A stretch of 63,791 nucleotides of DNA from assembly GCA_044892525.1 (NCBI GenBank), contig JBJFYX010000158.1:1-63791 (forward strand). The letters run 5' to 3'. The notes beneath the pieces were generated by a model, which made no database searches, was not told the origin of the DNA, and saw nothing but the letters and a program-made list of their open reading frames with translations. The position numbers and the translations under genes are program-made. Positions within the stretch are counted from its first letter, which is position 1. The number at the start of each line of letters is the position of its first letter. This stretch comes from Schmidtea polychroa. Lineage: Eukaryota. Shown piece by piece: positions 23,249 through 33,223 of the stretch.

Positions 23249-26200
23249 CTATATACGTGAGTTTGGAGGGCGCTGAGCGTTCCAGGCCTCCACCCACTGT
23301 TCTTGTTTGATATCACTTGGTCGTTTCACTCGATGTTGGAAATTTCTGATTCGGGTCATCTCTAGTTCTCCGCGATGTCGTTTATCTTTAATTATTTTTA
23401 TTGTTCCCCCTGTTATGATTAGGAAGGCCCCTGTTATTATTATCCCACTGATCCACATCATCTGCTTCACGCTTATATTCTCTGGTTTCTCCTTGTTTGT
23501 TAATGTTGATATCGCTTCTGTACCTTGCTCGTTTCCTCTTTTGCCATTTCCTTTCATCATTTCCCGTATTCTTGCTATTTCCTCGTTCATACCCTCCTTT
23601 GCCATCTTTTGTATTTTTTCCATCTCTTCCTCCGAAACATAGTTGTCCTGAGCTTCCTCACCGGTTTTCTTGTGCTTTCCTCCTTCGTTCTTTTCGTCGT
23701 GGTTTTTTCTTTTCTTTCCTCTTTTCCCCGGGTATCGTCGGCATTCTCTTTTTGATTCGTTCCTCCAGATACAAACCGTGTATTCTTTCGGCGGCTGCTG
23801 CTGCGTCACATATTGATGGCATCTCTCACCTGGTCCTAATCTTGAAATACAGACTTTGTGCTCTTTTCTAGGTTGGAGCTGCGTTATTACTACTTCACCA
23901 CCTTTTCCTAGGTGTACCTCTTTTCCTTTAACGTTCGTTATTCTCTTCCCGTCTCGATTTCGGTATGCTTCTTGTATTCTTACTTCTGTTATTGGTTCTG
24001 TGTCCTCATTTATCAGTACTAGTTTCTGATACGCTCTAGACATGCATCTTCCTAGTATGCACCTTTCCTTTAAGTCCCATTCTTCCTTTAAATCCCACTG
24101 CTGCTCTTGTGCTTGCTTTTTCTTTTCTTGTTTTAGTTCATCCTCTTTGCTATCTTGATTCTCCGCTTCTTTGGTTTCTTTTATCGTTCTCGTCCCTCCA
24201 TGAGCTGTTACTAACTCTATCATGGTAAGCATAATTATCATTAATATCATATTTGTCTCTATTTCTTTGTTAGTGAAAGGTAGGCATACCCTCTGTTTTC
24301 CATTATTCGGTTTTTCCTCCTCTTTGGTCTTGGTTCCCGGCCTGTTTCCCTCTCTTTTCGTATCCAAATCCTTGTTTTCCGGTTTATCCTCTTCCGGTTC
24401 TCTTTTCCCTTTATCCTCTTTCCGGCCTTTTCCATCATTGTCATCGTGTTTATCTCCCCCGCTGTCATTTAAAATGTCGTCCTCGACATTTATATCGTTC
24501 AATAATCTGCGATATGCTGTTAGCACTCTGTTTCTTGCTAATTTTGCTTCGAATTCAAACTCTTTTCTACCCGTTGCAGCATGTCTCTTTCTATTCCATT
24601 CTTTAACTAACTCTCTCAATTGCATACGACGATGTTTCCCAATTCGTTGTTGCTCGTTCTGATTTTGCGTGAATTTTAGGTCTTCTCTATTTAATACTAT
24701 TAAAATAATTTTAGGCGTCCCCCCCTTAGTTAGGGTATTCTTTACCATCGCATTTTCTCCGTTTTCGTAGAATTCGTTTACATTTATCGCATATTTATTA
24801 TTTTGTGGTACTCTCCAGGTTAATAATAATTTCATTGCTTCTAGATTTTTCCGTACCGTATTCCATTGAAACTGAGATGTGTTTTTGCACATATTTTCAA
24901 CTTCTTCTTTTGTCGCATTTTTGCAAATAAATCTGATCATTTCTAAGTTTGGCTGTATGGTTGCCCAGTCCAAGGTGGAATTTCCTTCATTGGACCTTTC
25001 GTCTAGTTTCGATCCTGCTTGATGTAGGATGTGGAGTGTTTTTGGGTGTATTTTCGTTATAGCTGCATACATCATGGCGGTTTCACCTTGTTCATTTTTC
25101 GTGTTGGTTTCCTCGCCCATCTCCCCAAGGATTCTCATGATCGTTATTGCTCTATTCTCTTTTGCAGCTAGTATTGCTTGTTGTAGAGGTGTTCTGGAAT
25201 CCTTTGTTACCATCGTAAATGCTCGAGGCAAGAAGGTTTTGATTTTCCCGATATCTAAACCCGTGGTTTGATCTCTTGCGTATGTGTGTACGGCTTTTAT
25301 TATTTTGGACAATATTATTTCGTCTGGCAGCTCTAGCATTTCCTCAAAGAACACTTCTTTTGCTTTGCGTATTATTGCCTCTTGATCTATACTCATTGAT
25401 TTGGTTTCGATGACGTTGTTTGTGACCGTTTGGTTCGTTGTTGACTTTGATTCCCTGGATTTCTCATACCTTATTTTCGTTTTCTTTCCGTTTGGATTAT
25501 TGATTCGTTCCTCTGCTGTAAGTATTTGGATAATATCCAGGTAATTCTCGCGGATGTTATTCATTGTGTCCATCATATATAACACACTTACCGTTTCCCA
25601 ATATTTATTTCGTACTTGGTTAGTAAATTGGAATAGTGATTTTTCGAATGTGTCGATTCGCTTTTTTGTTAACTGTTCATCTTTGTGATTTGTGAATTTT
25701 ATCCCTCGTTCTAGTAATTGATTCGGGATTTCGAATAAATGATGTCCTTTCATAGCTTCTCTCATCAGCGTGTTCTCTCCTCTCGTGAACGCTTCGTTTA
25801 CGTTGATCATATAATCGTTTTGAATTGGATTTCTCCATGTAATTAATATTCCGGTAATTGTCGTCAGTTTTTCTTTGATCGCTGTTAACAATCCATCATA
25901 CATGTTTCCGACTTCCCGATTGTCCTCATATGATAGTAGTTCCATCAATGACGTGAACGCCTCGGTACTTCTCCCTTCGATAGCATGATGTAGAGCGTTT
26001 TTCCGCTCGTGGTCTTGTGTAGTTATTTTCGATCCGGTATCGAGTAATGCGGTTATAATGTCTTTTGTTTTGCCTCTGTTTGCGGCTATCATTAATGGTG
26101 TGTAACCTTGGTTGTTTGTTTGTTCTGTTGATCGCTTGCAGTCGTGAAATGCTTCTATTGTTTCTAGTATTTGCTCGTTGTTACCTACTTTCATGAGTTT

Positions 26201-29200
26201 GTGTAATGGTGTGTCTCCGTAATGATCTGTTATTGTAAATAATATTGGCCATTGGCTTTTGACTACTCGCAATAATGGGTGTGTCCTTTCTCTATTTGCA
26301 TAGTTCTCGATCATCGTCAATAATCCTCCTAATATTTCGAAATCTAATCGATCTTTCGCCCATCCAGGTATTTTAATTTTTACCTCTTTTACAATCTTTT
26401 CCGCTTCTGATGGTTGGATACCCAATCGTCCGGTGATCGGTTCTGCGAGTTGTTGCATCATGTTCATTCGGTAGGTTTGCGAACGTGTGGTTAATGTACG
26501 GCCTTCTGGTTGACTTGTGGCTGTTTTTGGAATTGATTTGCATCGTGCCACGTTTACGTATATTGGCCTGGTAAATGGGTTATTTACCAATTTCACTCTT
26601 ACATTGGTTTCGCCTACGAATAAGATCTCATATGGTCCTTTTCCGTTGCGTTGTAACTTTTTTGTGGTTCCTGGAATTAATTCCGGGGTTTCTATCATTA
26701 CCCAATCACCTGTTTGAAACGTATGTTGCTTCACGTTTTTCTTTCGATCGTGTAAATCTTTATAACTTTCCTGGTAGAACTTGATATTTAATCCCGCAGT
26801 TTCCCAAATCTCTTGCATTCTTTCCTTGAATTTCGTAACATAATCATCGATCTCCATATACTGCGATATCGGTGGTTGGTATTCCAGGTCCATTGGCATA
26901 TTACACTCTCTTCCGTACATTAATTTGAATGGGCTCATTTTCGTTGATGCGTGAATCGACATTCTGTATGCCATAAGACATAGGTTTATATATTCGTCCC
27001 AATCTCGTTGGTGACGGTCGACGTAGTTTGATAACATTTGTATAAGTGTTCCATTAAATCTTTCCGTCATCCCATTGGTTTGAGGGTGGTATGGAGATGT
27101 TCTTAGTTTTGCTATTTTGAAGTAATTTGTTACTTCGCTCATTATCTCACTCATAAAATTAGTTCCCTGATCGGTTAATATCTGTTTTGGTGTTCCATAT
27201 CGGCAACATATCTCTTCTACCAAAATTTTTGCGATTGTTTTAGCTTTTTGGTCTGGCATCGCGAATGCTTCTGGGAATTTCGTAAGAAAGTCTGTGATCA
27301 CTAGAATGTAAACGTTTCCTTTATCTGACTCTGGTAGTGGACCAACTACGTCCATGGATATCATTGTCATTGGTTCTATTGGTACTGGCATTGGCGTTAA
27401 AGGTGCTTTCCATTTCGATCCAGTATTCTTCCTGGTTGCACAAGTTAAACAATTTTTTACCCATTCGGTTACATCTTCAGTTAACGTAGGCCAAAAATAT
27501 TTCTGTTTCATTCTTGCTAACGTCTTTTTCGATGACATATGTCCTCCCAATCTCCCATCGTGGTATTGCGTTAGTAACTCTTTTCGTCGGTTTTCCGGTA
27601 TACACATTAATCGTTTTTCCCCATCCATTATCAGCAACCAATCTTTCTCTATAATATATCGGTGTCGGTGTTTATCCATATGTTCCTTTAATTTTTGGTC
27701 TTTCGCATATCCATCTGTCTTTCCGGTTTTTACATAATCGATAATTTGTTTTAATTCCGCGTCCTCTTGTTGGTCCTTTCGCAGTTGACAGAAATCCAAA
27801 TCTTCCGCTACTATTAAGCATATGCGTTGCATTTCTGAATCCACCAAATCTGGGAAAATAAATCTTGACATACAATCGGCGTTGGCATTTGCTCTTCCCG
27901 CTTTGAATTTTATAAATGGGGAGTATTCTTGTAATTGCATGGCCCATCTCATCAGTCTATTGGACGCTTCTTTATGTTGCCCTAACCACACTAATGGTTG
28001 ATGATCTGTGGTTATACATATCTCATGTCCCCATAGTAAGTATCGGAAGTGTTTGATAGCTTGTATTATAGCCAATGCTTCCCGTTCTGTTACCGAATAG
28101 TTCTTTTCGTGCTTTTTGAATGTTCGACTGTAATACCCGATTACTCTCTCTTTTCCTTCATCGTCTAATTGTCCCAGAATCGCGCCTGCCGCGTACCCGC
28201 TTGCATCCGTTGCTAATAGAAATGGCTTCTTAAAATCTGGGTGTACGAGGATAGGTGCTTCGATTAGTTTATCTCTCAGCGTTTCAAACGCCTCTTGTTG
28301 TTCCCTTCCCCAAATGAACGAAATGTCCTTCTTTACCAATTCCTGGATTGGTTTTGCAATTCCTGCATAATTTTTGATAAATTTGCGATAGTATCCGCAT
28401 AATCCCAGAAATTCCTGAACTTGGGTGACAGTTTTCGGTGCTGGACATGTTTTTATTTTCTCAATGTTTCTTGGATCTGGCTCCTTTCCTTTAGCTGACA
28501 CTATGTGTCCTAAAAACGTGACTTTTTCCTTTGCCCAATCGCATTTTGATGGTTTGAGTTTGAGTTTCCACTGTCTTAATCTAATAAATACGTTTCGGAT
28601 ATCTTCCAGATGTTGTTCAAATGTCGCTGAATAGATTAGTAAATCATCAATATATACCATACATTGTTTGATTCCATGGGTGACAAAGTTCATACACCGT
28701 TGAAATGATGCTGGTGCGTTGGTTAGTCCGAATGGCATTTTCCTGAATTGATATAGATCTCGTCCCAACGTGAAAGCTGTTTTCTCTTTGTCCTCATCTT
28801 TGACTTTAATCTGCCAGTATCCACTTTTTAGATCTAAAGAAGTAAAATATGCTGCCCCTTGCAACATCAATAACATCTCATTGATGTCCGGCAATGGATA
28901 GGTATCTCTCTTGGTTACTGCGTTTAACTTCCGATAATCGATACAGAATCGTTGGGTGCCATCTTTCTTTTTTACCATGACCACTGGGAATTGCCAGGGT
29001 GAGCAACTTGGTTCGATTACTTTTGCGTCTAGCATCTTTTGTACTTCTGTTTCGGCTATTTCTTTCTGCATTTCTGCTAGCTTGTATGGTCTCAATGCAA
29101 TTGGGGTTTCGTCTATGAGTGGTATTGCATGTAAGGTAACATCACATGTACCCAAGTCTAAATCTGAGATGGCGAATATATCTTTATATTCTACCAACAA

Positions 29201-29227
29201 TCGGTGCAATTTTTTTCTTTTCATCAT
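23249..29227 (-). CDS. pol: Pol polyprotein: RT-RNaseH-integrase + two ankyrin blocks + signal/ectodomain/TM module
   Basis: RT (FCIDYRKLN, LDLKSGYWQ, YIDD); RH (TDASG, EREALA, TDHQPL); IN (HHCC, DVVGP, TDQG, TERFN, GPY); ANK (GDTPLH, GYTPLMIAA, KNALHHA, RTPLQQA, GETAMMYA); two hydrophobic segments. Confidence 0.95.
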   Translation of the reverse strand: MMKRKKLHRLLVEYKDIFAISDLDLGTCDVTLHAIPLIDETPIALRPYKLAEMQKEIAETEVQKMLDAKVIEPSCSPWQFPVVMVKKKDGTQRFCIDYRKLNAVTKRDTYPLPDINEMLLMLQGAAYFTSLDLKSGYWQIKVKDEDKEKTAFTLGRDLYQFRKMPFGLTNAPASFQRCMNFVTHGIKQCMVYIDDLLIYSATFEQHLEDIRNVFIRLRQWKLKLKPSKCDWAKEKVTFLGHIVSAKGKEPDPRNIEKIKTCPAPKTVTQVQEFLGLCGYYRKFIKNYAGIAKPIQELVKKDISFIWGREQQEAFETLRDKLIEAPILVHPDFKKPFLLATDASGYAAGAILGQLDDEGKERVIGYYSRTFKKHEKNYSVTEREALAIIQAIKHFRYLLWGHEICITTDHQPLVWLGQHKEASNRLMRWAMQLQEYSPFIKFKAGRANANADCMSRFIFPDLVDSEMQRICLIVAEDLDFCQLRKDQQEDAELKQIIDYVKTGKTDGYAKDQKLKEHMDKHRHRYIIEKDWLLIMDGEKRLMCIPENRRKELLTQYHDGRLGGHMSSKKTLARMKQKYFWPTLTEDVTEWVKNCLTCATRKNTGSKWKAPLTPMPVPIEPMTMISMDVVGPLPESDKGNVYILVITDFLTKFPEAFAMPDQKAKTIAKILVEEICCRYGTPKQILTDQGTNFMSEIMSEVTNYFKIAKLRTSPYHPQTNGMTERFNGTLIQMLSNYVDRHQRDWDEYINLCLMAYRMSIHASTKMSPFKLMYGRECNMPMDLEYQPPISQYMEIDDYVTKFKERMQEIWETAGLNIKFYQESYKDLHDRKKNVKQHTFQTGDWVMIETPELIPGTTKKLQRNGKGPYEILFVGETNVRVKLVNNPFTRPIYVNVARCKSIPKTATSQPEGRTLTTRSQTYRMNMMQQLAEPITGRLGIQPSEAEKIVKEVKIKIPGWAKDRLDFEILGGLLTMIENYANRERTHPLLRVVKSQWPILFTITDHYGDTPLHKLMKVGNNEQILETIEAFHDCKRSTEQTNNQGYTPLMIAANRGKTKDIITALLDTGSKITTQDHERKNALHHAIEGRSTEAFTSLMELLSYEDNREVGNMYDGLLTAIKEKLTTITGILITWRNPIQNDYMINVNEAFTRGENTLMREAMKGHHLFEIPNQLLERGIKFTNHKDEQLTKKRIDTFEKSLFQFTNQVRNKYWETVSVLYMMDTMNNIRENYLDIIQILTAEERINNPNGKKTKIRYEKSRESKSTTNQTVTNNVIETKSMSIDQEAIIRKAKEVFFEEMLELPDEIILSKIIKAVHTYARDQTTGLDIGKIKTFLPRAFTMVTKDSRTPLQQAILAAKENRAITIMRILGEMGEETNTKNEQGETAMMYAAITKIHPKTLHILHQAGSKLDERSNEGNSTLDWATIQPNLEMIRFICKNATKEEVENMCKNTSQFQWNTVRKNLEAMKLLLTWRVPQNNKYAINVNEFYENGENAMVKNTLTKGGTPKIILIVLNREDLKFTQNQNEQQRIGKHRRMQLRELVKEWNRKRHAATGRKEFEFEAKLARNRVLTAYRRLLNDINVEDDILNDSGGDKHDDNDGKGRKEDKGKREPEEDKPENKDLDTKREGNRPGTKTKEEEKPNNGKQRVCLPFTNKEIETNMILMIIMLTMIELVTAHGGTRTIKETKEAENQDSKEDELKQEKKKQAQEQQWDLKEEWDLKERCILGRCMSRAYQKLVLINEDTEPITEVRIQEAYRNRDGKRITNVKGKEVHLGKGGEVVITQLQPRKEHKVCISRLGPGERCHQYVTQQQPPKEYTVCIWRNESKRECRRYPGKRGKKRKNHDEKNEGGKHKKTGEEAQDNYVSEEEMEKIQKMAKEGMNEEIARIREMMKGNGKRGNEQGTEAISTLTNKEKPENISVKQMMWISGIIITGAFLIITGGTIKIIKDKRHRGELEMTRIRNFQHRVKRPSDIKQEQWVEAWNAQRPPNSRI

Positions 29228-29537
29228 TCGTCAACAACATACTATCTATTGTCCATAATTCATCATCTTTGATCATCTCGTTGGTCACTTTCGGTAATTC
29301 TATGTCCATCATTGGGGTCAATCTTCCCAATTTTTCGTTCTCATAAATGATTTTGTCTTCCTCTTCGAAATTCGTGATGTTGAGCGGTATCACTCCTTCT
29401 TGGTTTATTGTGATTATTTCTCTTGCGAGTGGTAATTCTCGTCGCTTTTCAAATGACTTGCTTGGTTCAAAGATAACTTCTCCTTCCATACCCGTATCCA
29501 ATCGAAAAGTTCGTCGGTGACTGTATTTTTTATCCAC
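29184..29537 (-). CDS. Gag-Pol linker segment in the -1 frame (pre-RT domain)
   Basis: EGEVIFEP..LAREII..IPLNITN..ENEKLGRL resembles the segment between protease and RT in gypsy Pol and leads naturally into LLTNDEKKK/LHRLLVEYKDIF. Confidence 0.65.
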   Translation of the reverse strand: MDKKYSHRRTFRLDTGMEGEVIFEPSKSFEKRRELPLAREIITINQEGVIPLNITNFEEEDKIIYENEKLGRLTPMMDIELPKVTNEMIKDDELWTIDSMLLTNDEKKKIAPIVGRI

Positions 29538-31576
29538 ATTCTTTCAAGTCCTCTACTCGTTCCGATTTTTATTACATACCGCGTGGTATCTGCCTGCTTC
29601 ATTTTTTCCATATACTTTTTTATAATTGATTTTTCCTCGTTTGGTATTAAATCTTTCTCGTTTCTTTCCAATTTCATCACTTTTTGCACGAATCGCCTGA
29701 ATGATATTACGTCGATGAACTCTTGGTTTCTCACTACCGCCGGGAGTATTTCGGCTACCTGTTTTATCGCTTCCTCCCTTGCTTTTCTCAACTTTATTTC
29801 GATATCCTCGTCTTCACTTCCACTTGTTATCTCGCTTTCGCTTTCTTCCTCTTTGATTTCCCCTTTTGGAGGTTCGCTTATTTCGTTTAGCTGTAGTATT
29901 TCTCCACCCAAACTACTTACATAATCTTCTTCTTCGTCTGACGATGCTACATCTTTTGTCCTTTTCATCATATTGATTTGCAAATTTCTCATCCTTGGTA
30001 CTCTCTTTAGTTTCTTTCTTTCGAATATCGTTGTTTCTTCTGATTCTAATTCTTGTAGCATTTGGTGGTTTAGTTGACTGGTTTGTTCCTTGCTCTTGTT
30101 ATTTTCATCTTCTGTCTCGGCTTTCGCTTTATTATGTTCTTTTTCGATTTTATCTTTTATCTTTTTCCAGAATATTTTCTGAATTCTCTGGTTTCCTTTT
30201 AAAATCGTGGTTGAATTCTCTGTTTTCATTTCCGTTGTTGTTTCTGTTACCTTTTCTGGTTCAGTCATGGGTACTACCCTTGGGTTTTTCCCGTAATTGT
30301 AGCAATACTGGCTTTTCATGTCTTTTACTAACTTCATCATATTAATTCGCAATGGTTGTTCTTGTCGTTGTTGGTTGCGTTCTTGTTTTATCCTCTCTTC
30401 CTCGGCCTGTAGTCTTTGCCATTCTTGTACATGTTGATGCACTTCATAATTGTTGAGATTTTCGGTACTCCTCATCATACGTATATTCTGGGTTTGTTGT
30501 GGTGCTGATTCCGGTCTCGGTCTCATCATTTGTTGCATCATCTGTTTCATCTGCGAGATTTCCTGCATAACGTTCATTTGTTTTCCTTCGCTAGGGTTAC
30601 TTTGTCGTTGCGGATTCGCCATATAATTATTATTTCGCTGTGGTGGTCGTTGTTGTTGGCCCCTTTCTCGGCAATCTCTGGAGATGTGACCTGGCTGACC
30701 ACAGTTAAAACAACCTCTCAATTGGCATACATTTTCGGTATGTCCACGCCGTCCGCAACGATTACAATTTGAATTTCTATAGCAATCTCTGTCCCAGTGT
30801 CCTGGTTTACCGCATGTTCGACACTGCTTGTTATCGTTCATATTTCGTCGATTATTAAAATTGTTCTCATTATTCGGGTTGTTACGATTACCATTATTCC
30901 CATTTGATCGTCCTTGTGGTGGTTTGAAAATTTGGTGCGCTCCTGGTATAAATTGATTCATTTTCGGTTCTTGATTGTTGTTATCTCCGTTATCCGCTTT
31001 CGCTATTGCTGTCATTATCCTTCCCTCCTCTTGCATAATATTCATTTGAGCTGGAAGGTGGAGCTCACATCTTGTAGCCCAATCTATGGCTTCCTCTAAT
31101 GTTTTGCACATTTGACAACCTACTGAGGCTCTTACTTCTTCTCGGCGTAATCCCTCTATGAAATAACCGATCAGATTTTCTTCGGGTAATTTTCCATTCA
31201 TTGCTTTCTTCGCTAATCTCCGCAATTCACTGGCATATAATGTTATCGATTCGTTTGCTCTTTGTTTCCTATTTGCTAGTTCGCCCAACGCCTGGTTGAT
31301 TGGCTTACTGGCTCCGAAGGTTTTCTTCAGGAATGTTTTGATATCTTCCCACTTTTCCAATTTCGTATCTCTCTCTTTAGCTTCTAAATATACTTCTAAT
31401 GCGCTATCGCACAAAAACAACGGCATCCTTTTACTAATTGCTTCGGGTGTCCATCCACACACAGTGATATAAACTTCAAAATTAGTTATGAACGGTGCTA
31501 GCTTGTTTGCATTTCCGTTGAACGGTTCTCCTCTGAACTTCTCTTTATACTCGTCGGTTTTTACGACATTCGTCAT
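29414..31576 (-). CDS. gag: Gag (capsid + three CCHC zinc knuckles + long Q/E-rich extension)
   Basis: Capsid motif RKQRANESITLYASELRRLAKKA; knuckles CRTCGKPGHWDRDC, CNRCGRRGHTENVC, CFNCGQPGHISRDC. Confidence 0.93.
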   Translation of the reverse strand: MTNVVKTDEYKEKFRGEPFNGNANKLAPFITNFEVYITVCGWTPEAISKRMPLFLCDSALEVYLEAKERDTKLEKWEDIKTFLKKTFGASKPINQALGELANRKQRANESITLYASELRRLAKKAMNGKLPEENLIGYFIEGLRREEVRASVGCQMCKTLEEAIDWATRCELHLPAQMNIMQEEGRIMTAIAKADNGDNNNQEPKMNQFIPGAHQIFKPPQGRSNGNNGNRNNPNNENNFNNRRNMNDNKQCRTCGKPGHWDRDCYRNSNCNRCGRRGHTENVCQLRGCFNCGQPGHISRDCRERGQQQRPPQRNNNYMANPQRQSNPSEGKQMNVMQEISQMKQMMQQMMRPRPESAPQQTQNIRMMRSTENLNNYEVHQHVQEWQRLQAEEERIKQERNQQRQEQPLRINMMKLVKDMKSQYCYNYGKNPRVVPMTEPEKVTETTTEMKTENSTTILKGNQRIQKIFWKKIKDKIEKEHNKAKAETEDENNKSKEQTSQLNHQMLQELESEETTIFERKKLKRVPRMRNLQINMMKRTKDVASSDEEEDYVSSLGGEILQLNEISEPPKGEIKEEESESEITSGSEDEDIEIKLRKAREEAIKQVAEILPAVVRNQEFIDVISFRRFVQKVMKLERNEKDLIPNEEKSIIKKYMEKMKQADTTRYVIKIGTSRGLERMWIKNTVTDELFDWIRVWKEKLSLNQASHLKSDENYHSQEK

Positions 31577-32940
31577 GATTGGTGTTCTAGATTCGTCTGT
31601 TTCTTTTAAATTGTCTAACGATGTGACTAAACTTTGGGCTGATAATTCCTCGGTTGACGTTGCTAAACTATTAGTGATGTCGGACAGACTTTCTCTGCTT
31701 CGAGATCGACTAGGGGTGTATCCGAGATTTTCTTGGTCAAATATAGGTACTTGATTGGTTCTTCTTGATCCTTGCGATATTCCTCTTTGCTGTTTAATAG
31801 ATCGTCCTCTTTTGAGTTGTTGTAATTCGTCTCCTGAAAATAATACGTCTCCTGGCTTACTTGAAGATCTAAGATTGGGTTTATCCGTGATTCCTTTCTT
31901 ACGCTTCTTGGTAATTAGCGGCTATTGAATTGGACGAGTTCGGTTCTGATTGTGTTTCCTTCGATAAATATTCTGTATGGATCTGCTACTGTGATTCTGA
32001 GGAGATTCACTAGTCCTTGACAGATGGCTGCTAATATTATGAGGTTGAATATATCGATGATTCGTTCGAAGTTGGAGATATCGCTATCTGTATCTTCTTC
32101 CGTTCTGGAGTCTTCCGGTTGCTGTGTCTCTCGGTGCGGGTTCTGAATGAATTTATTCTTGGTCGATTGTCGATTTCTTCGAATTCCTTTTGTGCAGGTT
32201 CTGGATTGTCTTGGTTGACTGGATTGGTTTGATATCTAAAATGAAAAAATGATCTCGTGTTGCATTTGCTTACACGACTTCATCATTCTTTCAACAACGT
32301 TCGAACACAGACACCTTTTAGGTTCTGTTTATGCTTCCCCTATTTTTTATGCAATTACTTCCGCGGGTTATAATCTCCCATCAGCCCGAATTTTTCGTCG
32401 ATTTTAAATTATCTATATGGGGTAGTAACAATTATCTATCAAGTCGTAATAATTATCTATTCGTTATCAATTATAGTAAAAATAGGTCGTTGTCGGTCTC
32501 TGCTTATTACCCCCCTTCGTTTTCCTATTCCTTTTGCGCTGTTGTCGCTATTTTACTTTTCATATTTACTATTATTACGCTCGGTTCTACTCTGGAACCA
32601 ATAAAATGCATTTTCCCGGTTTAACCAAAAAAAATATTCCGTAGAGTTTCTCTACCTTACTGGGATCCCTTTAATTAGTTGGTTACTTTCCTCTTTACTC
32701 ATTATCATCGTTTCGCCTATTCTTTATTTTCCATTATCTCTTTAATTCGTTTCCTTCTTCCCTTTCCTTTTTCATTATAATCTTATTATCTTTTCCACGA
32801 GCTCGTTTATTTCCTCTCTAAACTCAAATTTTCGTAATTACATTCAATTTGTTTCTAGCTAGCTTTAATATTCCCTTTCTCTATTAATTCAGATATTAGC
32901 TCATTGTAGCTTAACTGCTATCTCTCGCTTTTCTAGGCCT

Positions 32941-33223
32941 TTACGACTGGCTGGCACTATTCAACAGCTCAATCTTCTTCCTTCTGATCGGTTGGACTAT
33001 TCGACAACTCGATCTTACGACTGGCTGGCACTATTCAACAGCTCAATCTTCCTCCTTCTGATCGGTTGGACTATTCGACAACTCGATCTTACGACTGGCT
33101 GGCACTATTCAACAGCTCAATCTTCCTCCTTCTGATCGGTTGGACTATTCGACAACTCGATCTTACGACTGGCTGGCACTATTCAACAGCTCAATCTTCC
33201 TCCTTCTGATCGGTTGGACTATT
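32941..33223. repeat. 74-bp tandem repeat x3.8 in the 5' leader (copy 2: 53441-53723)
   Basis: Units start at 32941, 33015, 33089 and 33163. Confidence 0.95.

Noticed and set aside
26030-26050. LLDTGSK in Pol as a displaced protease
   Set aside because: It lies at the usual LL..GA position of an ankyrin repeat.
29490-29510. RLDTGM as the protease active site
   Set aside because: No GA/S plus flap or ILG-D pattern follows, and the context matches the pre-RT linker. Kept only as a test in the protease finding.
19145-32624. Numerous plus-strand ORFs overlapping gag, pol and cargo (and their +20500 copies)
   Set aside because: They are antisense shadows of A-rich coding strands (F/L/S-rich, no motifs).
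32941-33223. CRISPR-like repeat/spacer look of the 74-bp array
   Set aside because: The spacers are identical and alternate, the context is a eukaryotic retroelement, and there are no cas genes.
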